From Thermodesulfobacteriota bacterium (GTDB taxonomy: Bacteria > Desulfobacterota > Binatia > Bin18), in the NCBI GenBank assembly GCA_964291405.2, contig OZ219926.1:1376001-1440000 (forward strand): a DNA stretch of 64,000 bases, given 5' to 3'. A program made the position numbers and the translations under genes. This document shows positions 1-10,544 of this stretch, in pieces. How positions within the stretch are numbered: the first letter of the stretch is position 1; every line of letters starts with the position of its first letter. The notes below the pieces were generated by a model that saw only the letters and a list, made by a program, of their open reading frames with translations, made no database searches and was not told the origin of the DNA.

Positions 1-2
1 TG

Positions 3-521
3 CTCGAAGCGGCCTTTGCCCTGCTGGAACGGCCGAGTGGACCGGTTCTCGTAGACTTCCCGGAGACGATCCAAAGCAGGGGTGGGGAGCCCTTAGAGTG
101 TCCGCTTCCGCCTCGTTACGATCCGAACCTGCACCCAGCCATTGACGAAGCACAAGCGTTACGCGCTGCTTACGACCGCGCTGTAGCGAAAACTGGGCGG
201 ACCAGTGTCGGCCGGGTGATCAATGCGGATCAGATTCCTGCCGCACTCGAGAAGTTCGTACGTATCGCCGAAGGGGAAGCCTGGGATCAGGTTGGGCTCG
301 AAGGGACGACTATGCAGGTCGTGCACGATATCCGGGCCTACTACGAAGAGTTGGCCTGCGAACTGGTAGTCGACGAGCCCATTCCGGCGTGGAGCGCTGA
401 GCGTTGGTTCTACGATAAAACCGAGGCCGGTAAGGTGTTGCTGACGGCACGCCGTACGCTGAAGGAGAGTGGGGCGAACCGTCCGATCTGGTTTTTCATG
501 GCCCCGGGCTCACGCCAGTAA
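3..521 (+). CDS. Partial (5' end outside window) protein resembling the C-terminal part of GrdB/PrdB-related (seleno)protein B-like proteins
   Basis: Frame is open from base 3 (LEAAFALLERPSGPVLVDFPETI...CPLPPRYDP) into the listed 216..521 ORF; family resemblance is from recall only. Confidence 0.5.
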   Translation, partial: LEAAFALLERPSGPVLVDFPETIQSRGGEPLECPLPPRYDPNLHPAIDEAQALRAAYDRAVAKTGRTSVGRVINADQIPAALEKFVRIAEGEAWDQVGLEGTTMQVVHDIRAYYEELACELVVDEPIPAWSAERWFYDKTEAGKVLLTARRTLKESGANRPIWFFMAPGSRQ

Positions 522-575
522 AGCCGTCCGTAGTGGACATCGGGTAAAGATTTTTTACAGCGAAAGGAGCGGTGT

Positions 576-1418
576 ATGAAGCTGAGTATTAACGTGCGGA
601 ATTGGGGTCCTCATTCGACCGCTGACATCATGCTCGAATGTGCCCATGCGGCCGATGAGTCCGGACTTGATACGCTCTGGATTAACGAGCATATTGCGAT
701 CCCACCGAATCTCGAAATGCCAGGCGGCTTCCCTGATTTCTCAGAAGGACGGGTTCTCGATCCGTTTGCGACTCTCGCATTCCTCGCCTCGGCGACAAAA
801 CGGATCGGCTTAGGTACGGCCGTCATCCTCCTCCCCTACCGCCCCCCGCTTCCAACGGCAAAACTCGTCGCAACGGTCCATGAACTGTCGGGCGAACGTT
901 TGCGTTTGGGTGTGGGCGTGGGCTGGATGAAAGAGGAATTTCAGGCCCTCGGGGTCGACTACAGTCGGCGCGGGGCAATGACGAACGAAACCTTAGCCTT
1001 TATCCGCCAGTGTTTTGATGGGGACGATATAACTGAAGCGAATGGGCAACCCTTTTTATTTCGGCCCCGTCCCGCCTGCCCCCCAATTTATGTTGGGGGT
1101 GCACCACCGCATAGCCTTGAACGCACGGTAAAATACGGTCACGGCTGGATTCCAGCCGGTGTCGAGGCGGAAGTCCTCAAGCCCGATATTGAAAAGCTGC
1201 AACAGCTGGCAAAGGAAGCCGGCCGCTCGGCGCTTGAAGTGGTTGCCATGAAAACCTTGCCCATCGATGACCCACCAAAGGCGATCGACTACGCGAAAGG
1301 CTTTGCGGAGGTAGGCGTGACCCATCTTGTCCATACCCAAGGGTACGAGAGTGCGGCTGAATATCGACAGAATATCGCTGTTCTCGAAGAAAGAATTCGA
1401 CCAGCTTTAGCCGACTAA
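576..1418 (+). CDS. LLM-class, probably F420-dependent, oxidoreductase (Rv2161c-like)
   Basis: LWINEHIAIP, DPFATLAFLA, GVGVGWMKEEF, PPIYVGG; AAAGGAG RBS. Confidence 0.9.
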   Translation: MKLSINVRNWGPHSTADIMLECAHAADESGLDTLWINEHIAIPPNLEMPGGFPDFSEGRVLDPFATLAFLASATKRIGLGTAVILLPYRPPLPTAKLVATVHELSGERLRLGVGVGWMKEEFQALGVDYSRRGAMTNETLAFIRQCFDGDDITEANGQPFLFRPRPACPPIYVGGAPPHSLERTVKYGHGWIPAGVEAEVLKPDIEKLQQLAKEAGRSALEVVAMKTLPIDDPPKAIDYAKGFAEVGVTHLVHTQGYESAAEYRQNIAVLEERIRPALAD

Positions 1419-1635
1419 GGAAAAGGTTCTGGGAGAGCCGGGCACGACGGGGGCAGTCTTCTTCGAGACCGGATGCGGCAATCGCGCAGAGGGTATCGAG
1501 GTCAGACATCAGTGCGCTCTGACGATGGATCTCGCTGGTTGCGCGGGGATCTCTGAGACGGCGAGCGCCGTTCAGGGTGGACCCTGAGGAGTATTCCACG
1601 TCGCCTCCCGAATACCTCAAACCCTCAGGATGATC

Positions 1636-2031
1636 TTAGTCCATAGCGATGGCTGATATTTCAAACATAGCCCCCGGAGCATAGAGCCCGGTCACTCCAT
1701 GCAGCGCACTACCCGTAGGGGTAGAATCGCCAAAGGCTTTAGCGAGCACATCTAAATTCGCATAAGTTTGTGGCACATCAGTAGTGTATATGAAGTAATG
1801 AACAACGTTAGATAGATTCATGTCAGCTTCTTTCAGAACACGTTCCACATGGTCTATTGCCATGGCCATCTGTGCGCGCATATCACCGACGTGGCAAGGT
1901 TCTCCTGTCTCTTCGTCCATCGCAACTTGGCCAGTAACAAACACAATTCGGGTATAGTCCTCTATGATCTCTCCCTGAGGAACTCCAAGGTTTTTGAAAA
2001 AGGGGGATATAGTGATAGGGGTTCTCTTCAT
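1636..2031 (-). CDS. RidA/YjgF family protein
   Basis: VFVTGQVA, MRAQ, FEISAIA; start reassigned to MKRTP after AAAGGAG; visibly AT-richer than neighbours. Confidence 0.85.
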   Translation of the reverse strand: MKRTPITISPFFKNLGVPQGEIIEDYTRIVFVTGQVAMDEETGEPCHVGDMRAQMAMAIDHVERVLKEADMNLSNVVHYFIYTTDVPQTYANLDVLAKAFGDSTPTGSALHGVTGLYAPGAMFEISAIAMD

Positions 2032-2357
2032 TATTCTTACTCCTTTCCACCTCAATGATAGGCGGTATCTGTTTTCAGAATCGAAGCACTGAGAACTGGA
2101 GATAAATATCATAAGGGCATGGCGTCTGCGAGCAGCGACTAAACATCACCCAGTGCTCGTCCTGGGCGTCCACCTCTCCCCTGTCTGTTGTCACCTGTGT
2201 AGGCAGTGAGACTTTCCCATGGGAATACATGCCCTCACAGCGGCGTCAAAAATGAGCCGTGCTTAGTTTGCAACCAGGACGGCTTCCTATCGGAGAGTCG
2301 ATAAGATATATCTAGGCAACCTGAAAACCGACGTAGGATCATAGAGGATGGAACACC

Positions 2358-4019
2358 ATGACGAACACGACTCAACAGCCACACGGAAACGGATCGCTTG
2401 AATACTGTGACGCCGTCATCATCGGAGCGGGCGTTGGCGGCATGTACGCCTTACACCACCTGCGCGAAATGGGCCTGTCAGTGCGCGTGTACGACGGCGC
2501 CGGCGGTATCGGCGGAACCTGGTGGTGGAACCGCTACCCCGGTGCACGGGTCGATGGTCCGGGCAGTCCTTTCTACTGCTACACCTTCTCGGAAGAGCTG
2601 GTGCGGGAGTGGGACTGGGCCGAGACCCAGCCAAGCCAAGAGCAGGTACTGGACTACCTTGAGCACGTGGCCGACCGGCTCGACCTGCGCCGCGACATCC
2701 AACTTGAGACCTGGATACGCGACGCCCGTTATGACGAAGCGGTCCAGCGCTGGACAGTTGAGACCAGCGGTGGCGAGCGTGTCTCGGCTCAGTTTTTGAT
2801 CTGCGCAGTCGGCACCCTCTCGGCGGCCCACAAACCCGACTTCCCTGGACTCGACGATTTTACCGGTGAGTGCTACCACACCGGCCGCTGGCCGCAGGAA
2901 CCTGTTTCTTTTGAGGGCAAACGCGTTGGCGTGATCGGGACTGGCTCCTCGGGGGTACAGGCGGTTCCTGTAATCGCTCGCGAGGCCGCACACCTGACGG
3001 TGTTCCAGCGCACACCGCAATACAGCATCCCGGCACGTAACCGTCCCCTCGAGCCTGAGTTAATGCAGTACGCCCGCGAAAACTGGGACGAAGTCCGGGC
3101 GAAAATGAACGCCCATCCCGTAGGCATGCCGTTCGAGACCACCTCGCGCTTGGGTATCGAGGACACCCCCGAACAACGCCAAGCGCTCTACGAGGATCTG
3201 TGGCAGAAGGGCAGCTTCAACCTCCTTTTCGGCAGCTATGCCGACCTCCTGACCAATAAGGAGACCAACCGCACGCTGGCCGATTTTATACGCGGTAAGA
3301 TTCGCGAGTGCGTGAAGGACCCCGAGATTGCCGAGAAGCTGATGCCAGACTACTATCTGGGCACCAAGCGCCAGATCCTCGATAATGGCTACTACGAAAC
3401 CTTCAATCGCGATAACGTCACTTTAGTAGACTTACGCGAAGACCCAATTCAGACGGTCACTGCAACAGGTGTACGGACTGAGACCGGCGACCATCCGCTC
3501 GATATGATCGTGATGGCAACGGGCTTCGACGCCATCAGCGGCACTCTGCTGCGCCTCAACCCCAAGGGGCGTGGCGGCGTCGGCCTCAAGGAGAAGTGGA
3601 GCAGTCGCTTCGATAACTACCTTGGTATGGCGATTGCCGACTTCCCCAATCTGTTTATGATCCATGGCCCAGGCTCACCCTCAGTGCTCTATAACATGCC
3701 GCTCGGTGCCGAGCGCGAGACGGAGTGGATCGGCAACTGCGTGCAATATCTACGCGAACGTGGTCTGGGTGCCATCGAGGCGACGCCGGACGCTGAGAAA
3801 GACTGGGACAAAGAGGTCAACGAACTCGCCAACGAGACGCTCTACCCCCTCACTGACTCCTGGTACACAGGCGCCAATATCCCAGGCAAGCCCCGTCAGT
3901 TCTGCGTCCACCTGGGTGGTCCGCTGTACTTTCAGCGCATCTCTGAGGCTGCCGCCAAGGGCTACGAGGGGTTCGTGTTTGAGGAGGAGAACAACGTAGA
4001 CGTCTCCGCCGCGTCCTGA
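2358..4019 (+). CDS. Type I Baeyer-Villiger monooxygenase (CHMO/PAMO-like)
   Basis: GAGVGG, GGTWWWNRYPGARVD, FTGECYHTGRWP fingerprint, GTGSSG, ATGFD, SWYTGANIPGKPR. Confidence 0.95.
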   Translation: MTNTTQQPHGNGSLEYCDAVIIGAGVGGMYALHHLREMGLSVRVYDGAGGIGGTWWWNRYPGARVDGPGSPFYCYTFSEELVREWDWAETQPSQEQVLDYLEHVADRLDLRRDIQLETWIRDARYDEAVQRWTVETSGGERVSAQFLICAVGTLSAAHKPDFPGLDDFTGECYHTGRWPQEPVSFEGKRVGVIGTGSSGVQAVPVIAREAAHLTVFQRTPQYSIPARNRPLEPELMQYARENWDEVRAKMNAHPVGMPFETTSRLGIEDTPEQRQALYEDLWQKGSFNLLFGSYADLLTNKETNRTLADFIRGKIRECVKDPEIAEKLMPDYYLGTKRQILDNGYYETFNRDNVTLVDLREDPIQTVTATGVRTETGDHPLDMIVMATGFDAISGTLLRLNPKGRGGVGLKEKWSSRFDNYLGMAIADFPNLFMIHGPGSPSVLYNMPLGAERETEWIGNCVQYLRERGLGAIEATPDAEKDWDKEVNELANETLYPLTDSWYTGANIPGKPRQFCVHLGGPLYFQRISEAAAKGYEGFVFEEENNVDVSAAS

Positions 4020-4122
4020 GCGCCTCAGAACGTCGACCCGGGCGCTACCCTATACCGATCCGCTTTTGTGGAAGGGCGTCTTGGATTCAGCCGGTTAGGG
4101 GTACAGGGGCCCGCGCCCTTTT

Positions 4123-4776
4123 CTAAACCTCAAAGCGTGCCTGCATCCGCTCCCACCACTTGCCCAAAGACGGGGCAGAATCAAACAGCGGTTCGTCGCT
4201 GACCCGGGTGATCCAGGTGAAGGTGCCGAAAAGACAGAAATCAGCATAGGTTAAAATCTCAAACAAATATTCGTGCCCTAAAGCGACGGCCTCAAGGTCG
4301 GCGAGGACAGATTTGAAGCGTGGACGAAATTCGTCGCGCTTGGCGGCAATATCTTCGAGCGTTGCGCCCAGCCGCGCCTCGAAGTTTTCGCGGAAATAGG
4401 CGCGATCGACCGGCTCGATCTTTTCAAAGACGTCGTACACCACGACCGGAAAGAACGCTGGATGCAGCGTGGTGTCGACATATATATTAAAAAACCGGCA
4501 GGCCTTTTTCATGCCAAGGACAGGAAAGAGCTTGGGCTCTGGGTGCTGCTCTTCCAAATACTCTGCGATTTTCCACGAATCGGAAACAACCGTGCTGTTA
4601 TCTTTGATGACCGGCACACGCTCCTGGTTGGAGAAAGTCAGCTTGTCTTTATCACAAAACCGAATTGGTACAGTGGTATAATCCAGGTTCTTATAGCGCA
4701 GCGCGGCTTTGGTACGGGCACAGAATGGACTGCAGCGCAGGTCATTTGCTCCAGTGAGATCATAGACTTCGATCAT
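4123..4776 (-). CDS. Glutathione S-transferase family protein (beta-etherase LigE-like N-terminus)
   Basis: YDL...SPFC, VPVI, DSWKIAEYLE, YADF. Confidence 0.8.
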   Translation of the reverse strand: MIEVYDLTGANDLRCSPFCARTKAALRYKNLDYTTVPIRFCDKDKLTFSNQERVPVIKDNSTVVSDSWKIAEYLEEQHPEPKLFPVLGMKKACRFFNIYVDTTLHPAFFPVVVYDVFEKIEPVDRAYFRENFEARLGATLEDIAAKRDEFRPRFKSVLADLEAVALGHEYLFEILTYADFCLFGTFTWITRVSDEPLFDSAPSLGKWWERMQARFEV

Positions 4777-4844
4777 TGGGTTTCCCCTCTCTCATATCTC
4801 TAGCGCTTTTCGTCATCGCCAAAAAAAGAGAAGAAGTCAAGGAG

Positions 4845-4876
4845 ACGGGTGGTGGTACAGGTGTACCACCACCCGT
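4845..4876 (-). terminator. Intrinsic terminator-like hairpin
   Basis: Perfect 14-bp stem ACGGGTGGTGGTAC/GTACCACCACCCGT with 4-nt loop; pyrimidine/T-rich tract follows on the minus strand. Confidence 0.6.
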
Positions 4877-5065
4877 TCGCATTTGCCTCTGTAAATTTGT
4901 ACTATGCAATCGTAATCTGGTCGCAGACAGCTTCCTTGGGGGACGGTGTCAGACGGCAAGGAGTTGCAGCGGGTACGGGTTGTGTGCGGCGGCCTCATTG
5001 TCGTTCGAAGGTACGGGGCCGCTCATGCGATTGCATGAATTGAATGATCCGGAGGGTAGAGACTG

Positions 5066-5449
5066 ATGAACAGGAAACATGATGCGGGAGTTGCGAAGCA
5101 CATCGGTACGTACAGCGATGCGGTAGAGATTGATTCCGCACAACGCATTCTCTATGTGTCCGGTACCCCCGGTATTGATGCGGACAGTGGCCACTTGCCG
5201 GACGACTTCGCCGAGCAGGCGGATCTCGCCTGGCGCAACGTCGTGAACATTCTCAAGCGGGCGGATATGGGTGTTGAAGATATCGTCAAACTGACCCAGC
5301 ATCTTATTCGGCGGGAAGACTTGAAAATCTATCGAGAAATACGATCACGGTATTTGGGGACGTGCGCTCCAGCCTCAATGCTCACCCTGCTCCCCGGTCT
5401 CGTTTGGCCGAATATGCTGATCGAGCTGGAGGTCGTGGCCGCGAAATGA
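5066..5449 (+). CDS. RidA/YjgF family protein
   Basis: YSDAV, LYVSGTPG, EQA, IR, PASML, IELEVVAA. Confidence 0.9.
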   Translation: MNRKHDAGVAKHIGTYSDAVEIDSAQRILYVSGTPGIDADSGHLPDDFAEQADLAWRNVVNILKRADMGVEDIVKLTQHLIRREDLKIYREIRSRYLGTCAPASMLTLLPGLVWPNMLIELEVVAAK

Positions 5450-5840
5450 AGCCAGGAAGGCACTGTCAAGTTTTCGGAGGGAAAGCACGAAATTCACTTA
5501 CTGTGATATAGAGTTAGAGTCCTTTTTACGCAGACATCCGATCCGTTGTCGCCGCACGCCAGGTCATAAAGACCCGTTCTCGAAACAGCCGCTAGTGGGC
5601 TACCTCCAAGAGATAGCGTCCAGTCCGAAAGAGACTGAGGCATTCCATGATTACTGCACCTCGAAGCGACCCATCACAAGGGTCCAACAACTTTCCTCCA
5701 TGGAAGTTTATGTCGTGTATCCTCGCAAACCCTCTATGTGCATAATAACTAAACGCTCATATGATAATCTCCTTGCGACGGGGCCGCCCTCCCCTGACTG
5801 AAATCGACCGGCTGATCGAATTTGGGAACAGGCCGCAACG

Positions 5841-7137
5841 CTAGAGAAACCGACTCCGGAGTCGAGCGAGCGGTTGGAGGACAAATCGAGATGCGCCTTC
5901 CATAACACGCTTACTCCGGACTGGCTTGAGATCACGCAGAGGAAAGGCGCATTCTTCCGGATTGTCTGCGACAAACATGTTGGCGACCTGGCGGCCCATC
6001 TGGGTGCCTAACACAATGCCATTGCCGCAGTAGGAATTCGCCGCATACAGGCCAGGGGCAAGAGAGTAGAGGTGGGGGAGAATGTCGGTATTCATCGCAA
6101 TCTGGCCAAAATGGACGTAGCGCCACGCGGGAAGGGCCACCGTGGGAAAAATGCGCTTGAATTTGTTGGTAAATTGCGCGGCCACTTTTTCGGGCTCGAA
6201 AGAGGGAAGGGCAAGCGCGGCGGTACTGGTTCCAAGTCGCCCTTCCGTATCCACTCGTAGGCTGAAAATGTTTGAATAGTCAACGTCGATAAAGCCGCCA
6301 TCCTTCGGCAGCAGTGCGGCACCCTTATCAGGCAGTGGATCAGTCGCAACAAAAGCTAAGGTCCAACGAATAAAGCTGTTCTGCAGGCCCGGCCATAAAC
6401 CTTGCTCATACGCATTTGTCGCCAACAAAACTCGACTGGCCAAAACTGAGCCCTTGGGGGTGAGCAGCTTCCAACGATCTCGCTGCTGCTGAAGCGATTG
6501 CACCGGGCTATTGCTATAGACGTGGACGCCACAGCTCTGAGCAGCGCGGGCCAGTCCCCGCACGTACGATAACGGGTTGATCAAGCCGCTATTCACCACA
6601 CGCATACCGTGCCTATAGCGATCGGTCGGTATCACTTCAGCCAGCTGCGCCGCGTCAAGGATTTCAATCGGATGATCGTATGCCGCCCATTCTTCGGCCT
6701 CAGTTTCGAGCGTATCGCGCATGCGGTCAGTCAGAGACGCGTAGACATGGCCCGTTGTTCGATAATCACACGCAATCTGATACCGCTGGGTTAGTTCATA
6801 AATGTAGCGGCCCTTCAGGGGCAAGGCGATTGAGCCGTTGTCCGCGCTCCTCACCGCCATTTGACGATCTGCGACGGCGGTGTATGGAACCACCAGTTTG
6901 GACACACCCAGCTGCACTGCGTCCTGACGCTCCCCAGCCGGGCTGGCCTGCGTCTAATAGTGCGACGCTCTTACCCGCAGCGGCCAGATGGAGAGCTGCG
7001 GAGCAGCCCGTGTATCCAGCCCCGACAACGGCAACCTCGACATCGCCGTCTCCATCAAGCTGCCGGGCATCTGGTGCGGGTATCGCTGTTTCCAGCCAAA
7101 CGCTTTTGTCTCGATTGTCCCACGCTGAGATATCCAT
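5841..7137 (-). pseudogene. FAD-dependent oxidoreductase (DAO/PuuB-like), frameshifted
   Basis: N-terminal VVGAGYTG...GASGRS in ORF 6796..7137; the body (INPLSY, ATNAY, YCGNGI) is in ORF 5841..6917; several frame changes at about 6805-6915. Confidence 0.85.
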
Positions 7138-7394
7138 AGGTGCACTCCAAAAAAGCTATAGCGATACTCACTTCATCCGCCACACACGGTGTGCCTCACT
7201 ACGATGTAACTTTGACTCCCGTCCGGCCAATAGAAGGGTATTGCACGGCATACCGTCCGCTGCCGTTCTTCGCTTGCTGTCGTCCCTGTTCTTCACGTTC
7301 GCTAAAGCAGTGTCAAGCTCAGGAACAACACTCCCCTAGCAATGGGACATCTTCCGCAGTATTTTCCATTCATTCAAATTGATCAGAGGATCTT

Positions 7395-8582
7395 ATGCGA
7401 ACGAGTCAAGATAGCATTCTTACCACCCACGTTGGCAGCTTGCCGCGCAGCGAACCGCTGATGCGTATGCTGCTCGATAAAGAGCAGGGCAATGCGCTGG
7501 ATGAGGCGAGCTTTGAGTCTCAAGTCAGGGACGATCTGGCTTTCATCCTGCAAAAACAGCGTGAAGTGGGCATTGATATCCCAAACGATGGCGAACTGCC
7601 GCGTCTGGGTTTCTCGTTTTATGTTAAAGACCGCATGACCGGTTTTGGCGGCCATGCCCAGCGGGGCACGGTGACCGATTTTGCTAAGTTTCCAGGCTAT
7701 GTCGCGCTCAAGACGGGCCGCCCGGCTGGTGAAGAGATCAAACAGAGTGCCACCATGTACGACATGCCCGAATGTCAAAGTGCCGTGCTGTATGATGCTG
7801 AGAAACGCGTTGCCCACCAGGAACTACGACTGTTCAGCGAGGTATTAAACAATGATAATGCAACGGCCGAGACGTTTGTCACCGCCGCCACACCCGGTAT
7901 TGTCTCGACCACGCTGTTGCGGAATGCAGACAATCCCGATTACGCCACTGACCGTGATTATGTGCTCGCCCTGGCCGAAGAACTCCGCCACGAATACGAG
8001 CTGATTGTTGAACAGGGCCACATTCTGCAGCTGGATGCTCCGGACCTGGCGATAGAGCGTCAAATCATGTTTCTCAATCAGCCGCTGGACGCGTTTCTCA
8101 AGCGGGTTGAGCTGCACATCGAGGCCATCAATGCTGCCTTGGTGAATATCCCGCGTGACCGGGTGCGTATGCATGTGTGCTGGGGCAACTGGGACGGGCC
8201 GCATATCGACGATATGGACTTGGAGCCGCTTTTGCCGCTTCTCTATCAAGCCAAAGTTGGCGGACTGAGTATTCCGTTTGCCAATCCCCGCCATCAGCAT
8301 GAAGTGAAGCTCTTCAAACGCTATCCCCTACCGTCAGACATGGTCCTGATTCCCGGTCTCATTGACGTGACGACGAACTACCTCGAACACCCCGAAGTGG
8401 TCGCCGACCGAATTGAGACGATCACGAATATTGTTGGGGATCCAAAGCGAATCATCGCTGGCACAGATTGTGGCTTCAGCACCTTTGCCGGTTATGTTAT
8501 GGTTGCGCACGATGTGGTGTGGGAGAAACTGCGGATGTTGTCAGAAGGCGCCAAGCTTGCCACCGCGCGACTGTTTTCATAG
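7395..8582 (+). CDS. Cobalamin-independent methionine synthase II family protein (MetE C-terminal-like / EaCoMT-like)
   Basis: TTHVGSLPR, DGE, QLDAP, HVCWGN, ANPRH, EHPEVVA, TDCGF. Confidence 0.9.
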   Translation: MRTSQDSILTTHVGSLPRSEPLMRMLLDKEQGNALDEASFESQVRDDLAFILQKQREVGIDIPNDGELPRLGFSFYVKDRMTGFGGHAQRGTVTDFAKFPGYVALKTGRPAGEEIKQSATMYDMPECQSAVLYDAEKRVAHQELRLFSEVLNNDNATAETFVTAATPGIVSTTLLRNADNPDYATDRDYVLALAEELRHEYELIVEQGHILQLDAPDLAIERQIMFLNQPLDAFLKRVELHIEAINAALVNIPRDRVRMHVCWGNWDGPHIDDMDLEPLLPLLYQAKVGGLSIPFANPRHQHEVKLFKRYPLPSDMVLIPGLIDVTTNYLEHPEVVADRIETITNIVGDPKRIIAGTDCGFSTFAGYVMVAHDVVWEKLRMLSEGAKLATARLFS

Positions 8583-8625
8583 CCTTTCCAGTCTTCTCTA
8601 CGTAATACAATAAGGAGGAGGACCT

Positions 8626-9207
8626 ATGGAGCCCAGAAATCCAAGCCGTGAAGAGTTAGCGCAGCGGGTCGCTCGCTTTGACCAACTGCAACCCATGTCT
8701 ACGGCCAAAGAGCTTGCCGACATACCCCAGGAGGCGATGGACATCATTTTTGCCCGCACGCTCATGCCGGTGATCCTGGAAAAGACAAAAAATCCGTTCG
8801 GCGATACGGCCGCGATTTATGGCGCAGCAGGTACCACGATGAACGTCTCGGTCTGCCCGCCAGACCAGGGGCCGTGTCTGCACTCCCATAACCACACCTA
8901 TGAAACCTTCATGGTACTGGACGGTGCGTTTGAGTTCAGCGTGGGTGATGACGGCCAAGAAAAAATCATCCTGAACAAATGGGACGTCTTTTCCTGTCCG
9001 CCAGGCATGTACCGGGGCTTCAAGAATGTGGCCGACACTGACAGTGTCTTGCTGACGGTCATTACTGGGGCGGTGCATGAACGCGACGACGTATCGGTCC
9101 CACCCCAAGTGACCGAACAAGTCCGTGACGGCTATGGCGAAGAGGTGCTCAACGCGTTTAAGAAAATCGCCACGTTCAACGAGCGCGATGAAGGCGAACA
9201 GGCATAA
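8626..9207 (+). CDS. Cupin domain protein
   Basis: LHSH...ETF, PPGMYRGFKN; AGGAGG RBS; co-oriented with the MetE-like gene. Confidence 0.85.
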   Translation: MEPRNPSREELAQRVARFDQLQPMSTAKELADIPQEAMDIIFARTLMPVILEKTKNPFGDTAAIYGAAGTTMNVSVCPPDQGPCLHSHNHTYETFMVLDGAFEFSVGDDGQEKIILNKWDVFSCPPGMYRGFKNVADTDSVLLTVITGAVHERDDVSVPPQVTEQVRDGYGEEVLNAFKKIATFNERDEGEQA

Positions 9208-9242
9208 GCGCAAGCCGTATTAGGAAGAGAAGCAACGAGACT

Positions 9243-9423
9243 TAGAGCAAATTACGATTCCGTGTAGCCCTTCGACTTCAGGCGCGTTGCGCCTGCCGCT
9301 CAGGACTAACGGTCTGCCGTTCGTGCTGAGCGTAGCGGAGCGAAGTCGAAGCAGGGATGCCGGAGCGCGTCCGACATGACGAGCACGTAACGGCAGGGCT
9401 ACAGCCTATAGTAAAACGCTCTA
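9243..9423. mobile_element. MITE-like element with internal REP-type palindrome
   Basis: Imperfect terminal inverted repeats TAGAGCAAATTACGATTCCGTGTAGCCC and (reverse complement) TAGAGCGTTTTACTATAGGCTGTAGCCC, each starting with TA; internal CTTCGACTTC...GCTCAG...AACGG/CCGTT...CTGAGC...GAAGTCGAAG. Confidence 0.65.
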
Positions 9424-9527
9424 AGCGAGTAGGGTTACAACTGCCCTGCTCATACCCGCGACATAGGCCGCCCTGCTTTCGGCACTCAGTACCAAGCCGG
9501 TCGATACACAGCTCAGAACAAACGCCA

Positions 9528-10056
9528 CATCCCGCGCAGCATGACCGGGAAGCCTCCCTCCCGATCGAGAACTACGAAGCGCTGAAACGGGAGGGGTTCT
9601 ATGAGCTGACCATCCCCACGAACTTTGGAGGTGGGGGCGCGGGTTTGCTGGACTGGGTGCTGGCCGTCGAGGAGCTGGCCCAAGGGTGTCCGAGTACGGC
9701 CCTCAGCTTCACCATGCATGCCGCCGGGGTGCGGATTCTCATCGACACGCCCACGACTCCGCCGGCCGCCAAACAGCGCATCGCCCAGCTGGTTGCCAAG
9801 GAACACAAGCTGTTTGCCTCCGCTTTTACGGAACCAGGCTCTTCTAGTCTCCTGATCGGCCTGCCCTTTGTCCCGAGCGTCCAAGCCCGGCGAGTCGACG
9901 GTGGGTACATGTTGCAAGGCCGCAAGGCGTTTACCTCGATGGGGGAAGCCAGTGATTATCTGATGCTCATGGTCCATCCGCAGAAATCATCCAATCCCCT
10001 GGAGATGCTGATGCTCCTGGGGCCGTATCCTGCGCCCGGCCTGCGGGTGGAGCATT
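9528..10056 (+). pseudogene. Acyl-CoA dehydrogenase internal fragment
   Basis: HDREASLP..., IPTNFGGGG, EELAQGCPSTAL...MH, TEPG, GRKAFTS; lacks start and the whole C-terminal domain. Confidence 0.85.
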
Positions 10057-10435
10057 TAATGCAGCCATTGACGCTTTGATACATGCCCCAGAGAAAGTAT
10101 CGGATTGCTTCGCTGAAGATGTCCTCTGGATTAACTATGTGCCGCAGCATCTGCCTTATGGTGGTGAGTACAGGGGACTTGATGAACTGGCTAAGCTTTT
10201 CGCTCAATATATGGCAGCGCTCGAAATTGGAAAGCTTGAGTTCGATGAATATTTTGTCACTGCAGACAGTGTTTTAATTGTGACGGGGAACGAATGCGAG
10301 AGTCGGGTGAAATCAACCGGAAAGCATTACACTATGCCGTTTGTTTGGGTTGTCCGTTTTAATGAACATGGAAAAATCAACTATGTACGCGAATATAATG
10401 ACACGTACCCGATGGCAGAAGCATTCAAAGCCTAA
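10055..10435 (+). CDS. NTF2/SnoaL-like protein, probably 5'-truncated (TTG at 10076 is the only candidate start)
   Basis: FAEDVLW, PYGGEYRG, TGKHY, VREYNDT; abrupt shift to AT-rich sequence at the junction. Confidence 0.75.
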   Translation, partial: FNAAIDALIHAPEKVSDCFAEDVLWINYVPQHLPYGGEYRGLDELAKLFAQYMAALEIGKLEFDEYFVTADSVLIVTGNECESRVKSTGKHYTMPFVWVVRFNEHGKINYVREYNDTYPMAEAFKA

Positions 10436-10544
10436 ACAGATCAACCAGCAACGTCCCATGTTAGCTCTGTCCAATTATCTGGCTCGAGTGCGAAATTCAC
10501 GCAGGCTGGATACCTGAACCGCGCAAACTCTGAGGAGGAAACCA

